Under the pieces are notes generated by a model. The model was not told the DNA's origin, ran no database searches, and worked only from the letters and a program-made list of their open reading frames with translations. Of a DNA stretch of 64,000 nucleotides, positions 49,871-61,530 are shown piece after piece (position 1 is the first letter of the stretch; each line of letters opens with the position of its first letter). This DNA comes from Selaginella moellendorffii (taxonomy: Eukaryota; Plantae; Lycopodiophyta). The stretch is taken from contig NW_003314268.1 of the NCBI RefSeq assembly GCF_000143415.4, positions 1,938,494 through 2,002,493 on the forward strand, in the 5' to 3' direction. Made by a program: the position numbers and the translations under genes.

Positions 49871-52221
49871 TCAAGTGAAAAAAATTCCTGCTTCTGGAAT
49901 CGTAGAGGACACATTTCGGATTCCATTCTCCAATTCTAGCTTTTGGTTGCTTAAGGACTCCATTTGCTGATTGTTAGGCACGTTTTCACGAGATTCCCGA
50001 GAATGTCCTTCGTCAAATGTAGACAATTGCTCAAACTTCGTTTTCAGAATGTTGTATTGGTGCTCTAAAGAGCCCATTATCTGTACCATCTCTTCAGAAT
50101 GCTTCTTGGTTTTTTCTATATCCTCGATCAACATGAAATTCTCGAATGCACCATCCATAGAAGACGACTGCACAGAAAAACATGGTAAATCACGCAGGCA
50201 ACACACACAGAGAGGGAGAGGGGGAGAGAGAGACCGTCTTTTGCATCTCATTCTCTGGCCACGATGCCCGATGTTGTACCTCTCTTATTGCTGAGGTGGA
50301 TGTGGCATCCCGCTAGCAATAGCTCATTCACGTCAACAGCTATAAAAACAAAAGAAACACTTACAAGCTTTTTCGTCACAGATAGATGCTCACTGAGAAA
50401 AGGCAGTAACTCGGTGCTAAACCTCGCAAAATGTGTTAGTGCACTCTCCATTCGATTGAGGATGTCAAGGAGTTCAGAATTGAGCTCAAATCCAGAGTCT
50501 AGTACTTCCAGATGCAATCGCTTGTCTCCTGCGCATTGTTTGAAAAGAGTGTTTTTCCGGTCCTCGTCTAACAGTGCTTCTTTTGTGACCTTTACAAACG
50601 ATTGGAACTTCTCTGACGTTGAGATTAGAAATGAAAGAATGTGTTCAAGCTGCGGGTATTAATCGTCGTCGTTACGAAATCTAGAAACTGACGCCAGTCG
50701 GTACCTGTGTGTTTTTCACTGCGCAGCAAGAAGTAATACTGTCGGAGAGTGACCGCTGTGGTTGTTGTTCTGAACGCTTAACTTCTTTCTCTCTAAGAGT
50801 TTCTGCCGCCTGTTCCACGTTACCCAGCTTCTTGTCTAGATTCTCAAGGCCATCTTCAATTTGCTGAAAGCCCAGCGCTGATACAAGCTTGGCAAGCTCA
50901 GTCTCCAGCAACTTAAGCCATGGATTACAAGCGGCTCTCGACTGGTGCATTTGAAACAGCGTCAAGTACTCCAGTGGAGTTGATATGCCATTAGCCAACA
51001 CGGCAGGCGAAGCATAAACATCACGCCATCCTTGTTCCGACAGCCACACAGGCGCCTCTTCCGAAGGAATGGGCTTCCTCCCGGAGCGTGACGGCTCAGC
51101 ACGACTTTTCGACAGTTCGTGGTTAGGATCTGCATGCGCACCAATTTCATCAACAGTGCAACCACTTACATCAAACGAGCCATGCGAAGGGGATTTCTCT
51201 AGTAGACTTGCCACAGAGGTGGACATTAGAGAAATCCCTGTAGAGTTGTCATTCTGGTTATTAAAAAGGTTCTGAATTCTTTCCAGTGCTTGCAACTCTT
51301 TCTGCTTCCTGAGAATCTCCTCTGGCACAAACTTTCGCGGATATTGTCTTACGCATGCCTTCACGAGTTCACGTAGCCTGTCTCTAGCCGCCTGAGGGTC
51401 GAGCACTGGTTAGTTGGTCAGTACGTTGAGAGCAGCTACAAAGCTTGCCTCGGCAGCCTGGAAACGTTCATTGAGTGTATGTTTCTTGTGCTGTTGTGAA
51501 GTATGAGGAACATTTGGTTGCGTTTGGCAAAAGGGTTCTTTGGTGTCTGTCTGAAATCCCCTTGCATCAGCTTTGGCAATGTTAACCAGTGTTCCAAGGT
51601 CAGAGAGCTTCTTAATTCTCTCCTGCGCTGCTGCTTCGAGGCAGCAGACTTTAGACTTGGTGGTTGCGCATAAGTTAGCCTTGTCTACTCCCTGCGATGA
51701 CTTGTTCCCAGGGAAGAGCCTCTTTAGCTTGTGAGGCCGCACTTGTTTAGTTGCACTGCCCTTGTTATTGGCTTGAGCTCCTTCTGCAGGAGTCTGTTGC
51801 TCAAGCGTGGGAGACGTGATGTTAACTTTGCCGTAGCATGGCTTGTTTTTAGCCCATAGCATATCCAGGAGAGTGGTGTTGGCAAGCTCTTCGTACTCCT
51901 TCCAGAACGCGTCGTGCATTCGGTGGTTTTGGTCCACGTAGACGTGGTGGTGGTGGTGAACGTGCAGCTCCACGGAGTTTTGCTGGAGGGTTCCCTGAGC
52001 AGGCGTGAGGCCGTCACGTGTATAGTTAGAGAGACGGAGCGCTACTAGTACCTTGGCGAGCGCATCCACGGGATCAACACCCAAGTGGGAGAGAACTGCT
52101 GTTCGAACGTGAGTGATAAGACTGGGCGAGCAGGAAGGTTGCCTGCAATACGAGACGTATGCATGTGCATATAAAGTGTCGTGACTCACCCCAAGACTTG
52201 ACCTTGCACAGAGCTGGCCAT
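49871..52221 (-). CDS. Multi-exon hypothetical protein with coiled-coil C-terminus
   Basis: Long stop-free minus-strand segments (51410-52189, 50681-51406, 50248-50517, 49871-50251) are separated by short intron-like gaps. The exon boundaries and start are not resolved. Confidence 0.55.
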
Positions 52222-52311
52222 GCCGACGACCTTGGCCGGAAGTCCCTAGTACTGGAGTCAGTTATGGGCCGCAAACTATAAACCGCGCCTGTTTCGGAGG
52301 GTAGTCGTTAC

Positions 52312-53958
52312 TTAGGTGTCGAGGAGGATCATAGTGGTGCCGGGCTCCATCTTCATCACTCCCCTGCGGCTCATGAGCCGTCTCAATGCCGTTGCTTCCT
52401 CCGTCCGGCCTGCCTCGGTGTAGACGCTGAGGAGTAGCACGTATGGCAGCGCACTGGCGGGGTCGAGGTCGAGGAGTTGTGCTGCGGCAGTGTCGGCCCG
52501 CTGCACATCGCCCTGGACACGACATGCAGCCAGCATGGCCGTCCAGGTGACAGCGGTGGGAGGGACGGGCATGGCGGCGATGAGCTCCTCGGCGGCGGCC
52601 AGCTGCTTAGCACGGGCCAGCATGTCGACGCAGCACGAGTAGTGCTGCTCGTCCGCAACGGTGACACCGGCGGCGGCCAAGCATGCAGCGCCTTGCTCCA
52701 GCAACCCCGCCTGCGCACACGCGTGGAGAAGGACAGTGTAAGTGACGTGGTTGGGTTCCAGCCCGTCCAATGCCATGCTCCACGACTGCGCCACCGCACG
52801 GGCGCAGTCCCCGTGCGTGGCATACGCCGAGATGATGGCGGTCCACGCCGCAACGTCCCTGTGCTGCATGGCGGCAAACGCGCGGGCCGCGGCGTCCATG
52901 CCACCCAGGCTCCTGCCATAGGCCGCCACCATGAGCGTGCACGAGATCACGTCCCAAGCAGGCATCCGCCGCCAGAAGAGCTCGTCGGCGACCGGCAGCT
53001 CGCAGCTGGCGAGCATCGAGTTCCACGACGCGCTGTCGCGGTGGGGCATGGCATCGAAGCCGAGCTTGGTGGCGCCGGGTGTGTGGCAGCAGTAATGCAG
53101 CCAGCAGTTGGCGGACACAAGGTCCCGCTGCGGCATCAGCTCCAGCAGTCGGCGGGCGTGGCGGGGGCGGCCCAGCCGCGCGTAGCCCGCCGCCGCCGTG
53201 TTCCAGCTCACCACGTCCCTGCCAGGCATGGCCCAGAAGGTGGCGGCCCCCTCGTCCGCGTGAAGGCTGCTGCCCAAGCACGCCTGGATCCGCGCGTTGC
53301 ACGACACCACGTCCCACCGCGGCATCCGATGCCACAGCCGCTGGTGCTGCTGCCAGCAGCTGGCGGCGGTGAGCATCGAGTTCCACGACACAAGGTCGCG
53401 ATTGGGCATGGCAGAGAAGAGCAGCGCCGCGGCGTGCAGTGCGCCGGCAGACGCGTAGCCCTTGATCATAGTGTTGACGGAGATTGAGTTGCGCGCGGGC
53501 ATGAGGTCGAGGACAAGGCGGGCGTCCCGCAGCTGGCGCTGGAAGGCGTAGGCGGAGACGAGGGTGTTCCACGACAGGACGCTGCGCTGGGGCATGGCGT
53601 CGAACGTCTGCCGCGCGTCGCGGAGGTGGCCACTGGCCGCGAACATATGCTCCACCGTGTTCCAGCTCACCGTGTCGTGCTGCGGCATCCAGTGGAAGAG
53701 CTGCCGCGCCTCGTCTGGGCGGCCGCGGCGGGAGCAGGCGGACAGCAGCACATTCCACGAGACGACGTTGGGTGCGGGCATGCAGGCCAAGACGCGGCGC
53801 GCCTGCCACAGGTGCCCATTCTGGGCATATGCGGCCAGCAGCAGGTTCCACGAGTAGAGGTTGGGGGCGGGAATGGTGTCAAAGGCGCGCTGCGCATCAG
53901 CCACGCTGCCCCGCCTCGACGCCGTCTCGATCAACAGGTTGCCTGGAAGCTTCTTCAT
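52312..53958 (-). CDS. PLS-class PPR protein with E domain, no DYW
   Basis: Intronless 548 aa with tandem MPxxDxVSWN repeats and a terminal HYSCCVDMLARA..TWTAMLAACRVQGD..YVLLLSVY. Confidence 0.9.
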   Translation of the reverse strand: MKKLPGNLLIETASRRGSVADAQRAFDTIPAPNLYSWNLLLAAYAQNGHLWQARRVLACMPAPNVVSWNVLLSACSRRGRPDEARQLFHWMPQHDTVSWNTVEHMFAASGHLRDARQTFDAMPQRSVLSWNTLVSAYAFQRQLRDARLVLDLMPARNSISVNTMIKGYASAGALHAAALLFSAMPNRDLVSWNSMLTAASCWQQHQRLWHRMPRWDVVSCNARIQACLGSSLHADEGAATFWAMPGRDVVSWNTAAAGYARLGRPRHARRLLELMPQRDLVSANCWLHYCCHTPGATKLGFDAMPHRDSASWNSMLASCELPVADELFWRRMPAWDVISCTLMVAAYGRSLGGMDAAARAFAAMQHRDVAAWTAIISAYATHGDCARAVAQSWSMALDGLEPNHVTYTVLLHACAQAGLLEQGAACLAAAGVTVADEQHYSCCVDMLARAKQLAAAEELIAAMPVPPTAVTWTAMLAACRVQGDVQRADTAAAQLLDLDPASALPYVLLLSVYTEAGRTEEATALRRLMSRRGVMKMEPGTTMILLDT

Positions 53959-53973
53959 TCATTCAAGGGCGAG

Positions 53974-53982
53974 CTAGGGTTT
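53974..53982 (-). promoter_or_regulatory. telo-box-like motif (AAACCCTAG) in the 43-bp divergent spacer
   Basis: Seen directly between the two ATGs. Its function is inferred. Confidence 0.4.
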
Positions 53983-54001
53983 GGGGCTAGGGTGCGGCGC
54001 C

Positions 54002-54755
54002 ATGACGGTCCTCTCGGATGTGGAGCTCTCGGATCTGTTTGTGGGCGTGGACGATGATTCATGGGGGAGGTTTGTGGACGAGGTGCTGTTGAGCTGCTCG
54101 GATCCGGATGACGAGCAGCAGCAGCAGCAGCGGCAGCACGACGAGGAAGAGGTGAAGCGGCAGTCGAGGTAAGCACACACACCCACACACACACACACAC
54201 TGCTCACACTTTGGACGCCCTCCCTACAGGCTCCAACGCAACCGGCAGTCGGCCTGGCAGTCCCGGCAGAGAAAAAAGTGGTACGTGACAGGTCTCGAGG
54301 CAAAGTGCCGCCTTTTGGAGGGCCGCTGCACCCAATTGGAGCAGTCGGTGCGCTTTGTTTCTACGGAGAATGTGGTGCTTCGGCAGGAGGTGTCGAGGTT
54401 GAACAAGGCCGCCAAGAGTGGCGTGGCAGAGCCTGCCGTGCTCGTCAAGGGTAAGGTTTATCGTTCTGCTTGGCTCGTGAATGTGCGCTTCGTGGCTGCA
54501 GGTTCCCTGCCGTTGGAATTCCTGTCACGCGACTTGAGTTGCCTTGTCAACCTTGTGACGCTGCTGATACTGGTGTGGTGCCAAATCTCGATCACACTAG
54601 TAGAAAGAGATCAACACACGCCGCTGCATCATCCTCACCACAAGATGAAATCAGCAACAACGAGACGAAGAAGAAGAAGCAGAAGCAGAAGCAGAAGAAG
54701 AAGCAGGCGGCTCATTGCTAATGGGTGTGGTCACCTGGACTGGATTCCTCCTTGA
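54002..54755 (+). CDS. bZIP60: bZIP60-type ER-stress transcription factor
   Basis: Exons 54002-54168, 54230-54450, 54502-54755. Basic region KRQSRLQRNRQSAWQSRQRKKWYV plus leucine zipper, then EPAVL..SLPL and a hydrophobic TM segment. Twin CxGxxG hairpin loops are present. Confidence 0.88.
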
Positions 54756-55153
54756 TTTCATGGATTTTTAATCTTGTGTGTATAAAGAAGAACCGGTATT
54801 GTCACCTAGTTGTTAAGCTGGAGACTAGTCACAATCCCACGATGGAACGCGCAACGTGGTGGTTATTTCATCCCGTGTCGTAGAAGTGTGCCATGAACGA
54901 CGTCAGCTGCGCTAGGCATCGCAGTGTAAACGCCGGGCCACACGAAAAGCTACCTGGTAAGCAGGGCAGCGTATCTACATGAATCATCGAATTCACTAGC
55001 ACTCGCTCAATTCACAAAACACACGTCCACTACCCCCTGCGTTGGCATGCACAATAGGCACCACCATCAATATCTGCAGTAACTTTGGCTGTTGAGGCTA
55101 TGGTGACCAAGAAAACAAATTCACTCGCCCGACCGCCTTTACAGGGGCATCGC

Positions 55154-55653
55154 TCATTGGCCTCTGCCAGGGCTGTAGTGGACGGGTAAGTAGGGGATTC
55201 TGTTATTGATTGGCGGTTTTCTGTGAACGGGAGTGTAGTCCATACTCATCAGCTCGTCCGAGTCGCTTGGAATGTGGCTTTTGCTAGTGAAAGAGGACGA
55301 GTATCCTAGTGGTCCCTGCGCAGGAGGAGGCGCTTGTTCGAAGTCGAGCGCTTTTAAAACTCTTCTTGCTTGGCCTCTCGCTCCTTCTGGACACGAGTCA
55401 CGATCAGCATGCCAGCAATCTAGACCTTACCTGTCAACATTCGCCGCGAGGCTTGTTTCTTTGCTCCGACAGGAGGTCGTAGAGAATGCGGCTCTGTGTT
55501 AGAGAGGACCATTGCTGTCATAATCAGATAGCAAATTCTGCAAACCTTACCCACTGTTGCCCGGGAGGCATCCGCGGAACATAAAAGACATGCGGCCGCC
55601 AAGAGGCAACAGCAACATCCAAGAGCAAGGGCTGTTGAAGCGGCATTAACCAT
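55154..55653 (-). CDS. RGF/GOLVEN/CLEL sulfated-peptide precursor (132 aa)
   Basis: Exons 55653-55551, 55493-55431 and 55386-55154 splice in frame. The product has a signal peptide, RRML and RRVL motifs, and a mature motif DYTPVHRKPPINN (55240-55202). Confidence 0.85.
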
Positions 55654-56921
55654 CCTTCTCAGTCGCAGCTTAGATACTTCACAGTAATTCACTGGGGGAA
55701 CTTAAAGACCGGCAGCTACAAGACAGTTGAAGCTGAGAAGCAGATGAATGCCAAAAGGCTGTGTGGGGAGGGGCTTGAGCGCAGACGGAGAAGATCTCAA
55801 GAACAGACTGCTGCTGCCTGCTCAGGACTCACAAGCCAATAAGTAGAGAGGGAGGTCCTTATACATCTTCATGCGCGCGCTGTATATACACAATATACCA
55901 ACCGAGCTGTATATTACCCTGCTGCAGGGACTGCAGGCCAGGATGTCATGTTTGCTTGTGCAGCACTGGTAGCTGCTTGATTCTTCCGGAGGCGGTGGGG
56001 GTGGGCTTTACTCGTCCTCACTCTTGACATGTCATATGGTGTTTTGGAGCCTATACGATGGAATGGAAAAATGTATACATGGGCCGGGCCATGCAGGATG
56101 CGACGGACGGGTGGACAGGGCGCAGGATTGAATGCAATCTAACATATAAGGCACACACCATCGCATGGTGTACGGGGGCGACGTCAATCCCAAGAAAGAC
56201 TTTGGTAGAGAAGTGTCGTAGAAAATCAGATACAAAAGAAAAAGGAGAAGACACTCGACTGTCAAGCAGCTGCTTGACAGATGCCTTTTAATCTCGGAAC
56301 AAAACGTCCACTCGGCCCCGTCGTCCAGCTTATAGGCTTGTCCGCTCGTAACACCTACGGAACGATGCTGGCCGTACGTCCTCGCCCTTGTTTCTCTTGC
56401 TCCGGATTTGCGTGTGCTGGCATGGCCATTGGCTGGCAATGCGCTCGAGTCCAACTGGTGCTCGTGCCCTCAACTACTAAAGTCGAACCAAGTAGTGGGG
56501 CGAGAGCCAGTGTGTGCTATGCTGCAGATAAAATAAACAAACCACCGACTAGAGACCCGCGAGTCAAGGCAAAGGCTTGGATTTGCATTGTGTTTGCTTG
56601 GAGGTTGGGGCGCATTTAAGCAAAGCGCAAACCACTTGTTCACATGCCCTTTGGCACGCAGAGTGAGAGAGCACACGTGCACCATTCCTGACACGGCTCC
56701 TGGAGGCCTTTCAAGGAATCTGACGTTTCATGGCATGGCATTCACACTCGCTCAAATCCCAATCTCTGAGCCGATGGCCGATCCTGGCGTTAGACAAGCA
56801 GGGTATTTGCGGGAAACAAGGGAGTCGGCGTCAGGCACGGCACCTCAGCTTGCTCTGACCTCTGCCACCGCTCGGAGATAACATGTCCCCTCCCTCCCTC
56901 CCTCTTCCTTTATCTTTTATA

Positions 56922-59900
56922 TCACCGAAAGGCCGGGCGCTCTACAGCTTGCAGCCTGAGGAGAGATGCCCTTGGAAGCCACGACGGTCTCCTTCCTACA
57001 CTCGCGTATTCGTAAGCTGCGGGCACTGACGGCTTGGGAACACTAGCTGTAGCTCCAGCTGACGAAGGCGTTGGACGCCTGGGCCCCGTGCCCCGGGGCT
57101 TGTAGCCCACCCCCGTCTCCGGTCTCTTTGGAGGCTTGCTCCTATACCCCCTCCTTGTTACCGCTGTGCCCGGGTCACCTTTTATGTAGCCATTCATTTG
57201 TCCCGAAGCGGCCTGTATAAAACCTGGACCCATCCAAGTCGAAGCACCATGAGCTGCACAGAAATTATTTTGCGGGCAAACAAGATTTTACTACCTATGA
57301 ACAGAGGAGACGGTTTCCCAGGTCGAGATTTGAATTCTGGATGGAACTGAACTCCCACGTAAAACGGATGGCTTGGCAGCTCCATGATCTGCTACAATAG
57401 AGAGAGATACATTATACAAGGCCACAACGTAGAGCACCTCCATCCGTCTTCCAGTCTCATCCCTAGCAACGAAACACAATCCAGCGCCTTCCAACGCTTC
57501 AACCATTTGCGGATTCACCTGGAAGCCTGCCATGTTTTAGTGCTCATTGCAAACACACATAAAAACACCTCATATCTGTGCCTGTGCCGTTCGTAAATAT
57601 GCGTCTCCTTCTGGTATCTGCACCCACGTCATTCGCACACATCTTTATGGATAGATGGAGGCAGCTTACAGCTTTGCGGTTATGCAGTGTGGTGTCTGAA
57701 TTAGAGTGGCGCGGGATCCTAGCCTCATCGTCCCACCCTTGTGCGTATCAGAAACCTATCGAAACGAAGAACGAGTGAAGCTCGCGTAACCACAAGTGTT
57801 ACCTCGGGCATAAAAACAACACAGGGATACGGCGTGGCCGGGTCAAACTCGGTACTATTTGCGTTCTCCAAATTGAGGACCTGCGTTTTGCGATGTATGC
57901 CACGGGAACCGGAACCATAAAGCAAAGCTTACCGATCGAGAAAACTCAATGACCGCGACTTGCATGCCAAGACAGAGGCCCAAAAAGGGAACATTGTTTT
58001 CACGAGCATATTTTGCAGCTAATATCATTCCTTGAACACCCCGAGCACCAAAGCCCCCGGGAATTAAAATACCGTCAGCATCCTGACACACACAACACAA
58101 GAGAAAGAGAAATACAAACACTAGCGCAGCACCACAATTACCAGTACCTTTAGCATACTCCAAGCTGATTCATATTCCTCAGCCATCTGCAAGACAGCTT
58201 CCATTTACAAGCTAGCAAATGGAAGTGTAAGCATACATCGTGAAGCTTAGCATCTTCTAAAGAGGATGACGCAACCCAGTCAACAAGTAGCCGTCTCGAG
58301 CATGCAATACACGCATGCTGTAAACCCTGCATTCCCAGAGGATATATTACAGCCTAGCCACCAAAACGCTTACCTTTAAAACGGAGAGGTACGAATCTGC
58401 AAGACCAGTGTATTTTCCAACAACTGCTATCCGAACCTGGAACAGAACTAAATGGGGACAAGAAAACCAATTACGTAACACTAACCGGAACGGTTACGTT
58501 CTCGCAAGACCGTGCCATGGCCGACCATTCCTCGACACAAGGTTCGGCAGGACTGTAGACAGCGCATTAGGTAGGAACAAACAGAAGCACAATACAGATC
58601 GACCTCAGGTTCAAACGGCTCAAGACTGCATAGTGCGCTTCTTGATCCTAAGTGAGAACCTGTTAAAACAGGTTACATGATATAGGAGCTAGAGTACCCT
58701 CAATATCAAGGGCACGTGCCAAATATTTGAGACATCGTAAATGTTCAAAATGTCGGAAGTCTGCATGCAAGGAGAAATGCTCTTGACACTGAAGCCCCAA
58801 AAACACATGCATACCAAGACATCGCAAAACTGGGACAACTTCTCTTTGGTGTAGTCCTCGAGTTTCTAACAGGTAAGAGGTGAAAACCAAGGCAATAACA
58901 GCTTAGTCGCTTACTTGAGCGCTCCTGCAAACCAGTAAGTGCGGTACCAACCCGAAGGCGCGAACTTCACGAACGCTTTGCTGAGCAGGCTTTGTCTTCT
59001 GTAGTAAGAAGAGTGAGCTCAACCGCTACATGTGACAGAAAAACAATGCATACTAGCCTGTTCACCGACAACACCAAGAACTGGGACAAGGCTGACGTGA
59101 ATGTGGCAAAAGTTTTCAGCACCTAATCCATATACACCACTTCCACTCTTGTTACATACATCGGTTAACTCGGCACATAAAACTCACCAACATAAAACTG
59201 GAGCTGTCGTAAAGCCTCAATAAATGGCATGGATTCAATGTCCCCTGAGGAGGAGAACCCAAGGTGACAAGAGCTTGAAATAAAGAATGCGAAAGGGTAC
59301 CAACAACTCCTCCAAGCTCGATAACGCATACGTCTGGAGGGTTAGGAGTTCCGTCCACTGGAACCTTGGCCACCGATTGGATTCGATCTTGGATGACATC
59401 AGTCAAATGGGGAACAATCTGCGAGGGAAGAAGTAAGAAAGGGAGGGCAATCCAAGCAATTCGAGAGTTGAACCTGCACAGTCTTTCCCAGATAGTCCCC
59501 TCTCCGCTCATTCTCCAGAACAGCCTGCGGGGACGAAGAATGAGACGAGAGACTTGGAGCAACGGGAAAAGGGATGGCACCTGGTATATTTTCCCAGACG
59601 TGATGTTATTCTCCCTTGTGAGAGTGACGTCCAGGAACCGCTCATAGTTGCCAAGATCCAGATCTACCTAGCCATAAAACGCTCCCAGCAGTGGTTAGCA
59701 TGCATGCAGCGCGGCAGCGGCTTACCTCCCCTCCGTCGTCAAGAACAAACACCTCCCCGTGCTCGAAGGGTGACATGGTTCCGGCGTCCATGTTGAGGTA
59801 GGGATCTGGAAAATGCGGGGCCGGGCCATTCCAGCACACGAGTAAGTAGCACGCACGTACCGATCTTGATGGAGGTGACGCGAAGGCCACATGACTTGAG

Positions 59901-59987
59901 CAGCAGGCCAATGCTGCTAGCTGTTACCCCCTTACCGAGGCCGCTCACCACACCACCGGTAACGACAACATACTTCATCTCCGCCAT
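56922..59987 (-). CDS. CTPS: CTP synthase
   Basis: [60 protein letters not shown] and [12 protein letters not shown], with many short introns. Confidence 0.95.
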
Positions 59988-60038
59988 CCTAGGGTGGTGC
60001 GCCATCAAGGCCATGAAATGGAGGCGAGACACCAAGAG

Positions 60039-60818
60039 CTACTGTGGGCGAGCCGTCGGATAACGCGGCGATCCTGTGGCGCCCAGCTGGCTCCCATCAG
60101 TCAGCGCGGACAGCAACGCCACGAGCGTGTTCAACATGTGCAGCTGCTCCTCGTCGTGCTTGAGCCTCCTCTCCTCGACACAAATCCGGCGGGACTCGTT
60201 GGCCAGCCGCTGCCGCTCGTTGTCTGCCCTCACCACCTCCAGCTCAAGCCGCTGCTCTTGCAGCTGGACCTCCTTGTCCAGCAGGCGCAGCTTTGCGGCC
60301 CTGTACTCGTCCTCCTCGCGCGATTGCTGACAAGCCTCGCTCCGCCGCCTCTTGGCAGCGTGGTGGCGACGATCGCTGGCGTCGTCAGCATCGCTGCTCA
60401 GGAGCATGCGGGAGAAATCTTGCAGGGTGTGGCCTCCGTCAAAGAGAGCCTGGAATTCAGCCTCGGCCACAGGAACGCCGGCAAAGTAGTGGCGCATGTC
60501 ATCCAAGAACTTAAACCGGTCGCAGTGCGCGGAGGCCACAGCTGCGTGGTAGTCCGCCTTGAGTGCCTTGAACTTGGTCTTGCATTGGACGCCATCCAAG
60601 GGGTGGCCGCGGAGCTGCAGCGCTCGAGCGACGCGCTTCCACACCTGTGTGCTCTTGCCGCCGCCGCCGCCGTCGTCTTGTGGATCGTCTTGGAGGGAGC
60701 GGGAGTACCTGAGGATGCGCATCACTAGCACCAGCATTCGCACCGCTGCGTCGCTCCACACCGCCACGTCCAGCCGCCGCCGCCGCCGCCTCGGCCACCC
60801 CTCCTCCTCCATCTCCAT
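60039..60818 (-). CDS. Trihelix / Myb-SANT-like DNA-binding protein
   Basis: WSDAAVRMLV..WKRVARAL..QCKTKFKALKADY followed by a C-terminal coiled coil. Intronless. Confidence 0.8.
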   Translation of the reverse strand: MEMEEEGWPRRRRRRLDVAVWSDAAVRMLVLVMRILRYSRSLQDDPQDDGGGGGKSTQVWKRVARALQLRGHPLDGVQCKTKFKALKADYHAAVASAHCDRFKFLDDMRHYFAGVPVAEAEFQALFDGGHTLQDFSRMLLSSDADDASDRRHHAAKRRRSEACQQSREEDEYRAAKLRLLDKEVQLQEQRLELEVVRADNERQRLANESRRICVEERRLKHDEEQLHMLNTLVALLSALTDGSQLGATGSPRYPTARPQ

Positions 60819-60866
60819 CGCGGTGGGCTAACCCTAAGCTGAATTGGACAATTCATTCATCTGGCC

Positions 60867-61530
60867 ATGGAGGAGACGATGCGGGGGTGGCCGCTTGGAT
60901 TGCAACCCGTCAACGTGCGGGTGCATCTGGCGGAGTCGTGGCTGGAGCACGCCGCCGCCAGCTCTGCCGCCGCCGCAGCCTCGTCCTTGTCACCCAGCTT
61001 GAGCTTCTCCTCGTCCTTGTCTTCGGATCTGGACACCCAGGTATGTTTTGTCACGCCAAGAGCGCGCTGCAATGTGCATTGCTGTGCAGTCCACTGTGTC
61101 GCTTCTCCCGGAGACGGGAGTGGCGGGCATGACGCTGGGGAGCCTGATTGGAATCCGGTCGGCGGGGCGGAGGAGGGAGCAGGCACGCCACGGTAGGGGG
61201 GGCATGGTGTGGGCGCTGCTAGGCTGCCGCAGCAACGGCAACAGCAGCGACGAGACGGGGAGTAACGCGACGCTGCTGGCGGACAGTGTTGCTCCACCTT
61301 CCTTGGGTGAGATCCTGGCCTTGGAGAGATCGTCCCGAAATGGAGGAGGCGGAGGAGAGGAGCGGCAGGTGTGCGTCAATGTCATGTACGAGGAACACGG
61401 GCTGGAACAGCAGGAGCAGCAGCAACAACAGGAGGGGGAAGCTGTGAAGGTGGACGCCTGTTTATACCAGCCGACAAGCAGCGCGCTCTCCACCATGTGT
61501 GGATGCCTCGTCGTCGTCACTGGGGAGTGA
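60867..61530 (+). CDS. At3g17950-like uncharacterised protein
   Basis: Exons 60867-61040 and 61090-61530. GWPLGL...SSSLSSDLDTQ|S..TLGSLIG is the family signature as recalled. Confidence 0.7.

Noticed and set aside
52383-54057. Long overlapping alternative-frame and antisense ORFs over the PPR gene (also 59994-60728)
   Set aside because: Expected from very high GC content, with no domain signal.
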